Below, in pieces: positions 1-14,100 of a DNA stretch of 64,000 bases. The notes under the pieces were generated by a model that did no database searches, had not been told where the DNA came from, and saw nothing but the letters and a program-made list of their open reading frames with translations. Position numbers and translations under genes: made by a program. The stretch comes from Mytilus californianus (lineage: Eukaryota), in assembly GCF_021869535.1 (NCBI RefSeq), contig NW_026262723.1, positions 9,114,001-9,178,000 of the forward strand, given 5' to 3'. How positions within the stretch are numbered: position 1 is the first letter of the stretch; each line of letters opens with the position of its first letter.

Positions 1-794
1 AATTCCAAAAAGTTGTGCCAAATACGGCTAAGGTATTATATGCCTGGGATAAGAAAATCCTTAGTATTTCGAATAATACATACTTTTGCAAACAGTAAAT
101 TTATAAAAATGACCATATAATTGATATGTAATATATTATATTTCTTGTTTTGTAAGATTGACGATACATGTATTTTTTTTTTATAGAGTTTGATTGAATT
201 ACGAAGATTTTATGTTATTTTTACGGAGTTTATTAATGTGTTAAATCGGCCTTTTCATCACAAACATCTCATAACGTCATACGAACCTAATTTAATATGT
301 TTGTGAATCGTCTTCCGATTTTTACACATTATGAAGGCAAGTTGTCACTTCAGTTCAAAAAACCGTTTTAATATAATATTGTTCTCTAAATGAATTGAAT
401 TAAGGCGACGCTTTCTGAAAGAATTTATGTATTTTTAACGATTAAGGATTGGCAAGTTAATCGATTCATAATGTTTGCTCTACATTTCGCCAAGTTATGA
501 GAAACATATCTGTTTTCATACATACATTGTACATAGGGAGATTTGCAATTGTTTCTTAACAAACCTTTTCCGAAACACTTACACAAATCAATAAGTGACG
601 GGAAATGAACTATGGTACATACATATCAATGTTAACATCTGCTTAGAAATACAAAACGGAAGATACTTTTCCTTTTTAGATTAGAAAAAAAATATTACAT
701 AGGTACGAGCAAACCTCAAGAAATCTGAATTAAATTTATGTAGCTTTTGTTCAACCATACATGTAAATTCGATGTTAAAAAGAATTGTGCTTAC

Positions 795-2731
795 ATTGTT
801 GGAATATGATCGTCGTTGAAAGTATTAGTAGAATAACACATCAATAAGCACGATTTCCCAACATTGCTGAAACAGAAAAACAGTATTTGTAATATGAGCA
901 TTAATGGGAGAAGGATCGACATGAGGACATATAGTGTGGGCATGAAAAACCTATACAAACATGGCGGAACAGATATTTCTTTCCAGTTTCTTTTTTTTTC
1001 TTAATTTGTTTTCAAATATCATTTAGACATACATTGGTACGTAAATTACTATCTTATTGCACTAAAAATTGGATTACTGTTAACCCAAAAGTGTATATCT
1101 AATTAACGTAAAGTATGATGAAAAGTAAAACAAAATGCAAAATCCGTTGTTAAAAACCAAAATATCCTCCTAGAGCTCAGCACGTAGCACATTTTTCATA
1201 TTAAATAATCTACTGCAAATCGTGCTTTATTGGATGTTAAACCATTGGTAGAACTCATTAAAGATACTAGGCTCATAGTTTGGTACATTTGTCTTTATGA
1301 AACTTTATTCAGTGCCGATCGAATAAAAAAAGTCCGAAAGCTAAATCAAATAACAATTTAAAGATCATTACAAGCCGATAACTGTTAGTACCAAGAACGG
1401 GTAAGGCAATCATGTCTTGGGTTGCTATATCTTACTGATTCGAATTATTCGATTGAAACATAAACAGTAAATTTAAAGAAAATGACATTTCAATGATCTT
1501 TTATGTGAACACAAAAGTAGCTGATATCCTCTGGCACGAAGTGTCCAACAGAAGTGGCATCGACCAAATGACTGTAAAAATTCATAAAAAGATACCAGCC
1601 ATATAATTTGGTACATGAATTTTTCTTTATGAGACTCCTCAGTGGCCATCGAATAAAAAAAAGCCGAAGGCCAAATCATATAAAAATATAAAGAACATTA
1701 CATACCGATAACTCTTTATACCAAATACGGCGGCGTAGGCAATCATGTCTCAGGTTGATACATCTTACTGTTTTGAATTTTTTGATTGACAAATAAACAG
1801 AATTTTATACAGAAAATAAACATATCAATGATCTTTTATGTCGAAACAAAAGTACTGGATATCCTCGGGTACGTAACGTCCACCACAAGTGGCGTCGACC
1901 AAATGACTGTAAAAAACCTCAAAAGAGATACCAGACTTATAAATTGGGACGACAGACTAGCGTTTCTTCTACACAAGACTCATGAGTGGCGCTCAAAACA
2001 AAGCAGTAGGAAGGCCAAATCATATAAGAAGATGACGAGCATTTAATATCGAAAATTTTGAAACGTTTTGCCAAATACGGCTACCGCAATATTTTCGTAC
2101 GATTTTTCTAAAATAGAAGTTTATTCCATGATTGAATCGACGTTTAATCATGGATTTGCATGTATTATTTCAATCTATATAGAAAACTGTAATAAACCAC
2201 AGGACTGCGCGGTGTTTCAGTCAACGCAATCAAAATTTCATTTGTGCACACAACGTTCTGTCGTCATCCTTTCCTCTCGGTCACGTTGAACTGAGAAATA
2301 TCCAAGTGAAATGAACGTCATACTAGTATTATTGAACAGTTTGTTTGTTATTTGATAGATACATGAAGTAAATCGTGTATAGTTCCAAAATTTCCATATT
2401 TGTTGAGTGAAAGGTTTCGTTTCAAGAATCAGTAACACAAACTATGAAAACGAATGGGTTATGTCATCCTTACAATTCGAAATTTCATCTAAATTTTAAT
2501 ACAATGCCAATAAAACAAAGTTGATAAATCAGGGAAATAATTTTCAGTCAAAGGTTAAATACACACAAAATGTTTGCACACTGAAATAATGAAAAACAGT
2601 ATGCACAAACACTAAAAGAACTATATATATATAATCGGTTTCTCATTAGTGAAAAATATTCATTCAAATAATTAGTGATAATCAAATTGTACCCACCCAT
2701 CACCGACAACAACGCATTTTACATCCTTCAT
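795..2731 (-). CDS. Rac/Cdc42-like Rho GTPase, gene 0 (5' part; exons 2697..2731 and 795..866; remainder lies left of the window)
   Basis: Spliced translation [12 protein letters not shown]|[24 protein letters not shown]. Exons of 35 and 72 nt with GT/AG sites match Rac gene structure; P-loop GDGNVGKS. Confidence 0.85.
1255..2090 (-). mobile_element. Degenerate ~330-bp tandem repeat (about 2.5 units) with hammerhead-core relics; retrozyme-like
   Basis: AAGATAC...TTGGTACA-like anchors recur near 1261, 1589 and 1922. The minus strand has CUGAAUA, CUGAGGA-GUC and CUCAUGA-GUC...GAAAC-GCUA-GUC at the same spacing. Related sequence at 1..130. Confidence 0.6.
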
Positions 2732-2994
2732 CTTAAAGTTTTGATTTTAGGTTAACGAGATTATAACATCTTTTGTTCAACTTTAAATTTATTGTAATTT
2801 TTATACATTCACAGTTCAGATTGTTAACAAGAACCGAAAAAGGATCAATTTCCTTGAAACAGGAACCAAACAAATGTAATCTATATCTATCAATAAAACA
2901 AACTTTATTTTGAAGTCATATAATTAAGCAAAGCGTCAGTGTTACCTTGGTTTCTACTATATCTTTTTATTTACATTTTCATATGGTTATCCTA

Positions 2995-3146
2995 GAATTT
3001 TATGTAATACAAGGCCATAACGAAATGACGTGTCATTAAGGTAAGGAATTTTATGTCATACAAGGCCATAACCAAATGACGTGTCATTAAGGTAAGGAAT
3101 TTTATGTCATACAAGGCCATAACCAAATGACATGTCATTAAGGTAG
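2995..3146. repeat. 51-bp minisatellite, 3 copies
   Basis: Unit GAATTTTATGTCATACAAGGCCATAACCAAATGACGTGTCATTAAGGTAAG starts at 2995, 3046 and 3097. Confidence 0.95.
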
Positions 3147-3180
3147 GACTATTGATACTCCAAGGTACACATATTTAACA

Positions 3181-3311
3181 TACTGTACAGTAAACCAACT
3201 TATTTTGCAGATACAAGTTTTACGTATTCGCGGCGATTTATATTTGCGTTATTTTTTTCTCGCGAAATTCGCGAAAATTAAACGCACGGGAAAATTAGTT
3301 GGTTTACAGTA
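3181..3311. mobile_element. Small MITE-like foldback element
   Basis: Ends TACTGTA(CAG)TAAACCAACT and AGTTGGTTTACAGTA are inverted repeats with TA termini. Confidence 0.55.
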
Positions 3312-4029
3312 TATAAAGTTAAGACGGATAAATTATTGCGTTCATCGTTATATTGATCCAATTGCTGTTCATTCTTAACGTCCAGTTGCAAATATTTCAA
3401 AACATATTTCATGTATTTAGATAAAATAAACAAAAATCAGTTGATAGGGTATGAAAGCGGATGGACCGACAGAATGTACTGACAGAGTAGATTGTCATCA
3501 CTAGTATTGTATTATAAACTCTAATGACTAAGTGAAATTCGCTCAATTCAATCGAAATACTTGGAAGCACATACACAGTGACTGCTTTCAACATTGATAT
3601 TTTATTGGAGTTTACTAAATTTGCAACAACAAATATTCTATGCTTTTTCCGAAAGAGATAGAATTAAGCAAAACTAGACCGTACAGTAAGTGGAAGTGGA
3701 GCTTGATGAAAAGCGGCAGTCGGTCTTTCACTTGTAGGCTTGAAAAAGGCTGGGATTTTTCCCTTAAAAAATGGCAAATACATGCCCTTCAAAGAAATAT
3801 TGCAGCGGTTCTACAGCGTAAAGAAAACGCAGCATCCTCAATGCATAGATTTAACGTTCCAATTCTGATTTGAATTGATCGTGTATCTAAACTACAGCGA
3901 AACTGGAAACGACCTCCACATTACGCATAAATATAAATAACCACACAGTTCTACATTATGATACATGTACCCATGTAGTCAACCACTGTTGTTCCTTGAT
4001 CACCAACTGAGAACTCATAATGATATAAA

Positions 4030-7000
4030 GAGAACAAAATATGTCCTGATTGTAGAATGAACTTCTTATTAACCAGAATTATTTGACCATAAATGTCATC
4101 TACGGATTAGAGTGTAACCTTTCCGAATTGGTATACGTCGGTGAAACGACAGGAAGGCTAAACAAACGTATGTGCGGCCATAGATCAGACATCAACCACA
4201 ATGCAAGCGACATTCTTTACCAGTATTTTAACCAGCCTGATCATTAAATCCTTTCTATGCAAGTTCGCCTCATCGAAAAATTACACCCAAGTTCTATTGT
4301 TATCCTTCATAGCTTCTATTTCTGAAACAAGTGTAAATTGAATAGATCTATATATATATATAAATGTGTGTACGTTACGAATAACAATGGATTTTAGCCA
4401 CAGGGTGTGACGAGCGGGGTTTCTGGAAACCCCTGCTTCTACATCCCGAAAACAAAGTCCATTGTTATTCATTCAATAGAAATTGATTGTTTTTTTAAAT
4501 AGCATGAACATAAGAGAAATTACTAATAGTGTTCACTACAAGTTGTTTCAAGATATTAAAAAACACATGTTAGGAAACTGCAATAGCGAAAAAAATATGA
4601 AGCATCTATTTTGAATAAAAAAAATCCTTCAAGGGAAAAATAATTTGATTGATAGCGTTGAAAAACTAAATAAAATTGTTCGCGATTTGCGAGAAAAAAA
4701 AATTCTGACTCCGACAAAAAATCATACCCCCCCCCCCCTTTCAAGCAAAGATGTATTTAGGGAGCAACCATTTTAACTTCAAAGGAGTTTCGGAGTCAGA
4801 ACTTTTTTTCTCGCAAATCGCGAACAATTTTATTTAGGTTTTCAACGCTAGATCTGGATCCCGGTCGTCGGGTTTCTAATCAGACACACCTATCCCTCAG
4901 TGTGTCCGAATATAAATGTTTGTTTATTCTCGAAAAAGTACTTTGGGTTATAATATTGCCTTTATCTTTAGTCTCTTCTACCAAATCCAACGCTTGACTC
5001 AAAATGTCGTCCGTCTTATACCCGTCCATATTGACAACTGCCTACAAGGAGCATGATGTATTTTTTTTTGTGATAAGAATGCACGAAACGATCAACCTAG
5101 AACTTCTGATCCATATTAGCACCAGGATTTAACGGGAATATATGCAAAACAGCAACTTTGACATTTTTAAAATCTACTCACTGGTTAAAGTTTGAAAGAA
5201 CATAGCCAAAGTAAGGTCACTAGTGGGGTTTCATGTAAAAAACAATATTTTTCTTATAATTCATGGTTCAATTTTGTCAATGAAAATGCTATCCATTCTT
5301 TTTCATTTAATTACCAATGTTAACAAATATAGGGTTTAACATTGGGTGTAAGTTAGTTAAACACTTTGGGATACGGCGTGTCTGGTTAGAAACCCCTCCG
5401 GCCTCCGGCCGTCGGGGTTTCGTATCCAGACACACCTATCCCTCGGTGTATAACTATTACATATACCACAGGACTAACAATCCTCAGCTTGCAACGCCTC
5501 TCCGTAGACAAAAAGAAGACTCTGGATTCGACAATTGGGAACTGCGACACCATATGGTTGCATTGACAAAATTGATGGTATAGATATTCTATCTAGTCCT
5601 TCCTGTAGCTCGGTGAATGTGATGAATATTTTCAACTCAACTCCTCGACGTAGACACAATCATGGTCATCGTCGTTATACATCACAAACTCTCCATGATG
5701 TCTCTATTAATGACTTGCTGCCATTTATACAAAAGGTATTCATCACATTCGCACGAAGCTTTATTCATTACCCCTTTCAAAACTTCATTTTCTGTTCAAT
5801 TTATGTTTGGAAACCACTGTTACAAACCCTCTTTTAAACCAATACAAACTTACAGCTATCATTTCGGATATTGCAAGTCATAGACTTTTCAAACCAGTTT
5901 GCATTGGAAAAGATGAAAAAGAGAAAAGATCCTTTCTTAAACTTTCCTTTACCAACAAAGGTCTCGATGCCGTCAACTTGGACAATATACTTCATCATTA
6001 ATTAGTTCAATCGAAAATATCTCCCTATTTTAAAGATCAGTCTGTACCAATCATTTCTTATACCTATACCAAACCAATTGCAACTAAATTTTTCAATTAC
6101 AAACACGTGTTGCAGGATCTCAATATTGACGATTTCAAGTCTGAACTTCCTCATTGCACCTCTGCTAGTTCCACATTTATATATAATCCGGCTGGCCATG
6201 TTATTACCGGTGACTTCACCATTGTCAATAACACTTCCCTGCGAAATATGTTATCCAAAGGGCCTAAATCCATCAATTGGAAACACAACTTCAAAATACT
6301 GATGGATTCAGTCGAGGATTATAACCAGGCAATGGGTTAAACGCAATAAAGAAGACGTAAATACTCTTACCGAATAGATTAAGGCTGTGAGGTCGTTGAT
6401 ACAAATCAGAATTACGAAACTGAATGTGTCTATCAATACCCATACTACGTCAATCTTTAAAGACCCAAATGTTGCAAAACACTTGTCCTACCTCCATGAC
6501 AAATATGTTGTTGTCCCCGCAGATAAAGCCCCAAACAACATCGTTTCTGTGTGAAAATCACATTACATAAACTGCTTGATAAATGAATTTGGTATTGACA
6601 ATTTACTTGAAATCCCAACATATACCCACACGACACTTACTAAAGAGGAAATCCTGGATAGTCATAGGTCTGTTCTATGTTCCTTTGGAATTTCAACCAA
6701 AGATGAAGAACTGGATCTTCAATCATTGTATTGGATACCTAAACTACATAAGTATCCTTACAAACAACGGTATATTGCTGGGTCTTTCAAATGCTCAACG
6801 AAACCTCTTTCTAAACTATTAAGATCTTTTAGAGTACATACAATCTAAGACTCGCCCATCTTGAAATAGTATTAACACATTTGACTTTTCTACACTTTAC
6901 ACAAGTATTCCCCATTCCAAACTAAAAGACAAATTGAAAGAGTTGGTATTGCTTTGTTTCATAAAAAAAGAAGGGCCAACGTAGATACAAGTATCTTGTA

Positions 7001-8050
7001 TTAGGGAGGGATAAATCCTACTTTGTAAAAAATCACTCTGATACAAACTAAAAATTCTCTGAAACTGACATTAATAAGATGCTTTATTTCTTGATTGACA
7101 ACATATTTGTTAGGTTTGGAGGACGTGTTCATCAACAAACTATCGGCATGCACATGGGAACCAACTCTGCCCCTCTTCTTGTCGACTTGTTCTTTTGTTC
7201 TTATGAGGCTGAATTCATACAGGAACTTCTTAGGAAGAAAGAACAGAAGCTAGGAGTATCCTTTAACTTTACTTTCAGCTATGTAGATGATGTTCTCTCA
7301 CTAAATAATTCAAAATTTGGTGACTATGTTGACGCATCTATCCCATCGAACTAGAAATAAAGGATACAACAGATACAGTTTAGTCTGCCTCATGTCTTGA
7401 CTTACATCTAGAAATTGACAATGAGGGTCGGTTGAAAACAAAACTTTACGACAAAAGAGATGATTTCAGCTTCTCAATTGTGAACTTTCCATTTCTATGT
7501 AGCAACAGTCCCGCAGCGCCTGCAAACGGAGTATATATCTCCCAATTGATACGATATTCCTGGGCTTGCTGCTCACAAGGAAGCTTTAAAACCAAAAGTT
7601 CCAAATGGTGAAATTGGAATCATCCCTTCGTTAATTTTACGGACGCCATCAGGAGTTGGTTGACCGTTATGGAATATCCGTTACACATATGATAGCGGAT
7701 ATGTTCCTAATGTCGTAACTACAATCCCGTTCCCTTTTCACGAATGTGACCTACCGAATTAGACTATTGACCGGGTTTGTACTAACTTGAGCGACACGAC
7801 GGGTGGCACATGTGGAGTAGGATCTCTTACCCTTCCAGAGCACCTGAGATCGTTGATACAAATCAGAATTAAGAAACTGAAAAACCCTAGTTTTTGATGG
7901 GGTTCGTGTTGCTTAGTCTTAAGTTTTCTTTGTTGTGTTTTTTCTACTATTGTTTGTCTGTTTGTCTTTTTCTTTTTTAGCCATGGCGTTGTCAGTTTTT
8001 TTTTCGATTTATGAGTTTGAATGTCCCTCTGGTATCTTTCGCCCCTCTCT
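4030..8050 (+). mobile_element. Degenerate Naiad-type Penelope-like retroelement (GIY-YIG endonuclease N-terminal to RT) with 3' tail family I; interrupted at ~4283..5460
   Basis: NVIYGLEC...YVGETTGRLNKRMCGH (4092..4280) continues after the insertion as IYHRTNNPQ...WIRQLGTATPYG. Linker CTSASSTFIYNPAGHVITGD (decayed CxC). RT motifs LYWIPKLHK, FDFSTLYTSIPH, GTNSAPLLVDL, YVDDVL, KLYDKRDDFSF. Many stops and frameshifts. Confidence 0.85.
4283..5460. mobile_element. Composite foldback/MITE insertion inside the Naiad endonuclease region
   Basis: Hairpin 4379..4470, ~62-bp inverted repeat arms at 4653..4714 and 4790..4850, and hairpin 5377..5432. The GIY-YIG reading resumes across the block. Confidence 0.65.
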
Positions 8051-8109
8051 GGTAGATATTCTATCAGTTGTCGCTGAAAACAATTATAAGCCTTGACCAT
8101 CAGAACAGT

Positions 8110-9170
8110 GAAAAGTAAAATAACAAAAATACCAAACTCCAAGGAAAATTAAAAACGAAAAGTTTATCAAATGGCAAAATCAAATGCTCAAACATATCAA
8201 ATGAATGGAAAACAATTGTCATATTCCTGACTTGGTATAGGCATTTCCTTATGTCGAAAATGGTGATTTAAACTTGGTTTTATAGCTAGCTAAACCACTC
8301 ACTTGTATTCCATTATATTGACAAAGTACATATTAAGCAAAAATAAAAAAACCAAGAATATTAAATTGACCATAGAACAATAACACAATGTCGGGATGTA
8401 TGAATACCGAGCCACGCCAAAAGTATATTACCAAATATAGACTAAACAGTAAAGGTAAAATATGTACAAGGACAAATTAAAAGAACACTTTAACACGTAA
8501 TTAAGTTGATAAACAACGTCAGAACCTAGAATCTATACCTCCCAGACTATCATGTATTATTTGTGAAGTTGATACGGAATATTTACAAGGTCGTGGTATC
8601 TTCCGATGAACTTTTTTTTAGAAAAAGAACAAGACGTTCTTTGACATAACCCTGGTTCATCATCTTTCTTATCAGACACTGGTGACAATGTATAGAGTCT
8701 GAGTAGCAGATACAAGCTCTTGAATACCGAATGAGTTGGTAAATTGCTGCTAAGGTGGGAAAAATCTAAAATTTCAAAATTAAAATCGTCTCGTTTGTAA
8801 TATATTCTGGTACTGAGATGACCGCTTATGTCAAATTCGAGGTATATGTCTATAAATTCTTTAATTTTAGTTCTGGAGGATATATTAATGGAACCTAATC
8901 AGAAAAGTTTGGATTGTTAATGGAATAAACATCATCAATATATCTGAATCTATAATTAAATTATCTGGCTTCTTTGATCTTCTAGTTTTGACAAGTATCT
9001 GAATGAACTCCGACTCATATGAAAATAAGCAGAGGTCGGTAAGGAAAGGTTCACAGTTCGTTCCCATAGGAATGCCGACAATTGTTGAAAAAGCTTAATT
9101 CCAAATTCAACAAGTATGTTGTCAATTAGAAACCCCAGCATACTGGTAACTTGTTCTTCTGTGTAGCATG
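8110..9170 (-). mobile_element. Second Penelope-like (Naiad-type) relic with tail family III, tail-to-tail with the first element
   Basis: Minus-strand RT remnants FLIDNILVEFG and GTNCEPFLTDL (8885..9141), running into the tail at 8110..8330. Confidence 0.7.
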
Positions 9171-10169
9171 TTTCGCCGTTTTATGCACTAATAACAAAAT
9201 ATGCCGTATGGTATCCCAAAGTAATTAATATTTTTTTTCGAGAAAATGGTACGTTAGACCTGATTTCATGGCAAGCTTAACCTCCCATTTGTATGATAGT
9301 TTTATATGAAATACCAGTGGATGATAAATATAGTTCTCTCACCTGACAATAACATCCACGCTTAAAAGAGTCGTCCGTTTACTATGCGAGATGTACAAAT
9401 AAGCCACATTTTGACGAAATGTGAAAGTTAAATTCGATTTACCCGATCTTAGACGAGGAACTTGATCTGGATACCAAAACTACGTAAATGTCCCTACCAA
9501 CAACTTGAGGAAACCTCTTTCCAAACTATAAGCATCTATTTTGTCAGCAATCAAAGTCGGGCGTCAGAATTATATGTGGAAACTAAAAAAATAAAATGAT
9601 CAGTTAGGAAGAGCACATATAGTGTAAGCATATTTCTTCTTCACCCTACGCTAGTAAAACCAATTCTAAACCTAAAGACAGTTGCAAGAACTTGTCCAAC
9701 TTTGTTTCATAAAAGGAATGGCCAAAAATGAAAACAACACGTTATAAGTTTTATGCGTCCGACGCGCTTTTCTGGATTTACCTTCATCAGGAACGCTCAA
9801 AGCCGAATATATGAACGTCAAGAATGTATAATACCCTAAACAGTTGAAGAGCTATATGATAGATACAGATATCATGTTTTAGGAAAGAAAAACATACTAT
9901 TTAGTCTGTTGGTGGACTGTTAGTCAACGAGGGTATCACCAGTCCAGTAACCAGTACGTTCATACTGGCATCAACATACGGATAATGTTTCTTTTTAAAT
10001 GTTGTGATATACAATTTAAAAAATCATTTAAAATCAAGAAATATATCTCTCTATTGCAAAGCTCTGATTACTTGTCTATACTTTAAGTCCTTTTTTTTTT
10101 GGTTTGATGAGCTCTTTAACGTATTTGTAAGTTGTGGTTTTGCCAAACAGATGGGTGCATTTCTAACCT

Positions 10170-10560
10170 GTACAGCTAGTTAACGTAATGATCAAGCATA
10201 CAGTTCGGTTGAAGACACCCATTCGATAGTTTTACGGACTTACGAGTTGGTTGACCGATATAGAATATCTGTGCCACAAATGACAACGGATATATTCCAA
10301 TTGTTTTAAACATAATCCCGTTTTCTTTTTCTCGATTGTGCCATCAACAAATGAGGCTTTTGACTGAATGCATACTTGTATGAGCGATACAACGGATGCC
10401 ACATTTATAGCAGGAAGTTCTTACCTTTCCGGAGCTCCTAAATTCTCCCCCAGTTTTTTGTGGGGTTCGTTTTGCTAAATCTTTAGTATTTGTTTTTGTA
10501 ATATTTTATGGACTTGTTTGTATTTTCGTCTGTTTTTGTTTTGTTTTTTTCTATGGCGAT
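10170..10560 (+). mobile_element. 3'-end relic of Naiad element plus tail family I
   Basis: TTTTACGGAC...GAGTTGGTTGACCGATATAGAATATC and the following tail are homologous to 7635..7990. Confidence 0.65.
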
Positions 10561-11160
10561 GTTAGTTGTCCGTGTTTTTCATTATTCATACTTGAATTAC
10601 GAATAAACCATCATTGTTGATTTTTGTTGGTATCAACGCGGATGTGTTTTGTTTAAAAGAACTATTCTCTGATAACAGGCTAACAATCGTTCCCGTGGTA
10701 AAACATACTTAATGTTCGTTATTAATGAAGTAAACACTAGGAACGAGTGGTGGGACATAACTTTTGGAATCTTTCGTACGTTTAGCTAACCATTTCTAAA
10801 GAAATGTTTCCAAGTTTCTCAATAACCCAGATAACTCTAATTCTGTTCCACATGAATGCTTGCTGGACGTTGCAGAAAGTAATGGCTACAACAATAGCTA
10901 AACTAATTTAACGACTTACTCCCTTGACCCAGGTCTAATCCATTCATTGTCAGATGTTCTTTTGAACTACGAATCACTTGTCGCAATAATGTATCTATCG
11001 AGCAATAGCGTATACTAGAAGCTAAGCCAAGAATCTGAAGAGAAAGAAGGCCTTTGACAATTTATACAATCATTTGTTTATTATTTAATTTTGAATGTTA
11101 TATTTGTAAACGCTAGCGCTGTTTACAATGATATTACATATTGTATCGTGCTGAACAATT

Positions 11161-14100
11161 TCACAACAAAATACACGGTCTGCGTTTTTGTTTGTGCTGA
11201 GATGGAAATAACACAGCCTTTATAGCCACTTCAAACACCAAATGCAGCCCTTCCTGAGTTTTGGCTGAACATTCTAAATATTTTACGGCATCGACTTTAT
11301 TGGCTAAAGATTGTCCTTCACTGAATGATACAGTGTTATTATTTTTGTAAATATGTTTTGATTTTTGTGGTTCTCCGTCTTGTCGAATGTCAAGTTTTGT
11401 GCCCACTAAAATGACTGGTATTTCTGGACAGTGGTGACGGATTTCAGGAATCCACTGTAATACAATAAAGTAATTAAATGGCAATATTTAGTTTAGATGT
11501 AATATGAAATAACCTGCAACGTTGTATATGAGAGACCTACGTCATAAAGAACACAAATTTAAAACGGTCTTTACCTAATGACGATATTGATTGGGTGACA
11601 TTTTATATTTTGAGGGGGAAATAAACGGTCTACTTGTCAGTGAATAATCTATTGGAATATGCTGTTTTCTTCAGTTACTGTAATAAAAATCTAAAAAAAT
11701 CCAAATACTTTTGTTGTCGGTCAACTATTTTTTATTCGAACGAGTAGACAGCGCCTTAACATGTCTGGTATATTGTTTGATACCGGACGCATGACTATGA
11801 CGTCATCCCGGCAAATTTTATGTAGGCCAATGTTAAAGGACAATACAGGTATCTCCTAATTCATTTGGTTTCTAATAAATATTGATTTAACCGACTGCAT
11901 TGATGTGAATAATTTTTTTTCCATCCAAGACGTTCTTTTTGTTGTAAATAGAAATTCAAGGTTACGTTTAGATGTACATGTTGTAAGGGGTAGACTATTC
12001 TATTTTCAATGCAGAACAGAAACTTTCACAGATTTCACTCTCTTTTTTTCAAATAAACGATGCACTCTCAACAAAAATAGAAATAAAATAGAATTGATAT
12101 CCAGTATGAACCGATTTTTATTTTTACATCGACGACAAATAAGCGGTCACTTTCACAACTAAAGTATATAATAATTATCTACTATATTCCTAACACAAGT
12201 CTGAGTCTGGGGCGCGTGACACATCTTTCTTGGATTTAAAAAATTCAAAAGGTAGAAACGGTTTGAATAAACTCATCAGAGATATAAGATTTAAAATTAT
12301 GTACGCCAGCCACGCGTTTCGTCTACAAAAGACTCATCAGTTACCTTCGAATAAAATAAGTAGACAGAGCTTCGACAATTACATCCCGCTCTCTGCTTTT
12401 GAAGAAATTTTTCTGTGAAGATGTTTCGTAAATATCTGATTCAGATAAATATTATTTATATAAAACAGGGGACGAACAAATCTATTACAGAATTAATTCT
12501 TTGTTGAAAATGTTGTTAACAAGCAGACGTTTTGAATTCACTTTACAGTTCGATATTTATTATATGATAATACTTTACTTTCGAAACACTCATCAAAACA
12601 CACCCTGCCTCGTTCAGTGTGGGTTTAATAAAAAAAAATACATCTGTAAATACTTACTCTGTCAGTAACATTTTCAAAACTTGTCCGATGAACAAGTGAA
12701 AAACATACAAGAACTACATCCTGAAATTGAAATATTGTATGATTATTAATGTTTTGTAGACAAACATTTTAAAACTTTCTTTAGTTACATATCTATATAT
12801 ATATATATATATATATATAATACGGTATCTATATTGATTAGTCTTCATCTTTTCAATTTAAGCGCTAATCTCAAATGCCGGCTGAAGTTTTGTATAGCAG
12901 CAGAAGCTTATCCTGTTAACGCTTCCGGTCTTGCATTGAATGAAGTTCAATCACTTATTTCAGTTTTTGTTTCTTTCTTTATATTCTAGATTGATTTAAG
13001 ATATAGAAGATTGCTTAATTTTTGTTAAATAAATACTACAAAATGTATACGTGTATTATAAATCCATGACTTTTTACTTCCCGTGTGCATTATGTTTTTT
13101 CTTCATTCATGTTTATTATGTTTTATTAGTCTTCAGCGCGTGTAGTTTACCTCAGATTATGTCAGAGCTACATGTACGGAATAACAAATCAGAAAATTAC
13201 TTAAAATAAATGGATTAAAAACTTCCAGAGATTGTTGACAGCACACGTAGTTTAAATATTGCAATGCTCTGACTAGGATGAGGATGGGAAGGGGTATGCT
13301 TTATACGAAAATATAATGTGAATTATAGTTTTCCGAGTTTGAGGTCATTACTTTAAAGAAATGCGGGTGCCTGACCGTTATTAAATATATGTATCAGAGC
13401 ATAACGCAGAAAATGGTCACTTTCTAGGACAATCTGCTATCCTTCCGCAGCACCGGAAATAAAACCATATGTTTTCGGTTAGGCTTGTATTGAACAATCC
13501 TTATTTGTTGTATAGTATTTTGTTAACTTTTTCTTTTTAATGTTTTTTTTCTTTTTGGCAATGAGTTTTTTTTTACTTAATCTTTTTTTATAGCACTTTA
13601 GTATCTTTCATTCTGTTGTATTGTAAATTGCTTCAAAGCCGTAGAAAGAAAACATAATCAAAGAACAACTAACAGATTGTATTCAGGTGATATTACCGTT
13701 CCTTTATCTAAAATTTACATTCCTGTTCAATTTTGAACGGAAAATCTAGACAGACCCAAAAACTTACCGTTTGTGGATATGATAATGGGCGGAATCGATC
13801 GAAATCCTCTTGACCTGCTGTATCCCATAATCCTAACTCTACGTAAATGTCATTCACCTTTACGGTTGTTTTATAATTATCAAATCTACAATGAATATAT
13901 TTAACATATTTAATGCATGTTCACTTTCATATAAAAATTAAAAAAATGAGATATGATTACCAATGAGACAACTTTTCACCAGAGAACAAATGATGTAGAA
14001 GTTAGCAACTATATGTCACCGTACGGCATTTAACATCGAGCAAAAATCCATACCAAATAGCAAGCAATCAAACGTCTCGACATGACATACGTTAAACAAT

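Noticed and set aside
5461-7700. Selenocysteine recoding of Naiad stop codons
   Set aside because: The copy has mixed stops and frameshifts, so decay explains them; no SECIS could be identified by eye.
7759-8142. 127-aa ORF and similar ORFs at 14717, 29709, 47300, 47430, 54425, 61424 and 61657
   Set aside because: Chance frames through retroelement tail repeats, not genes.
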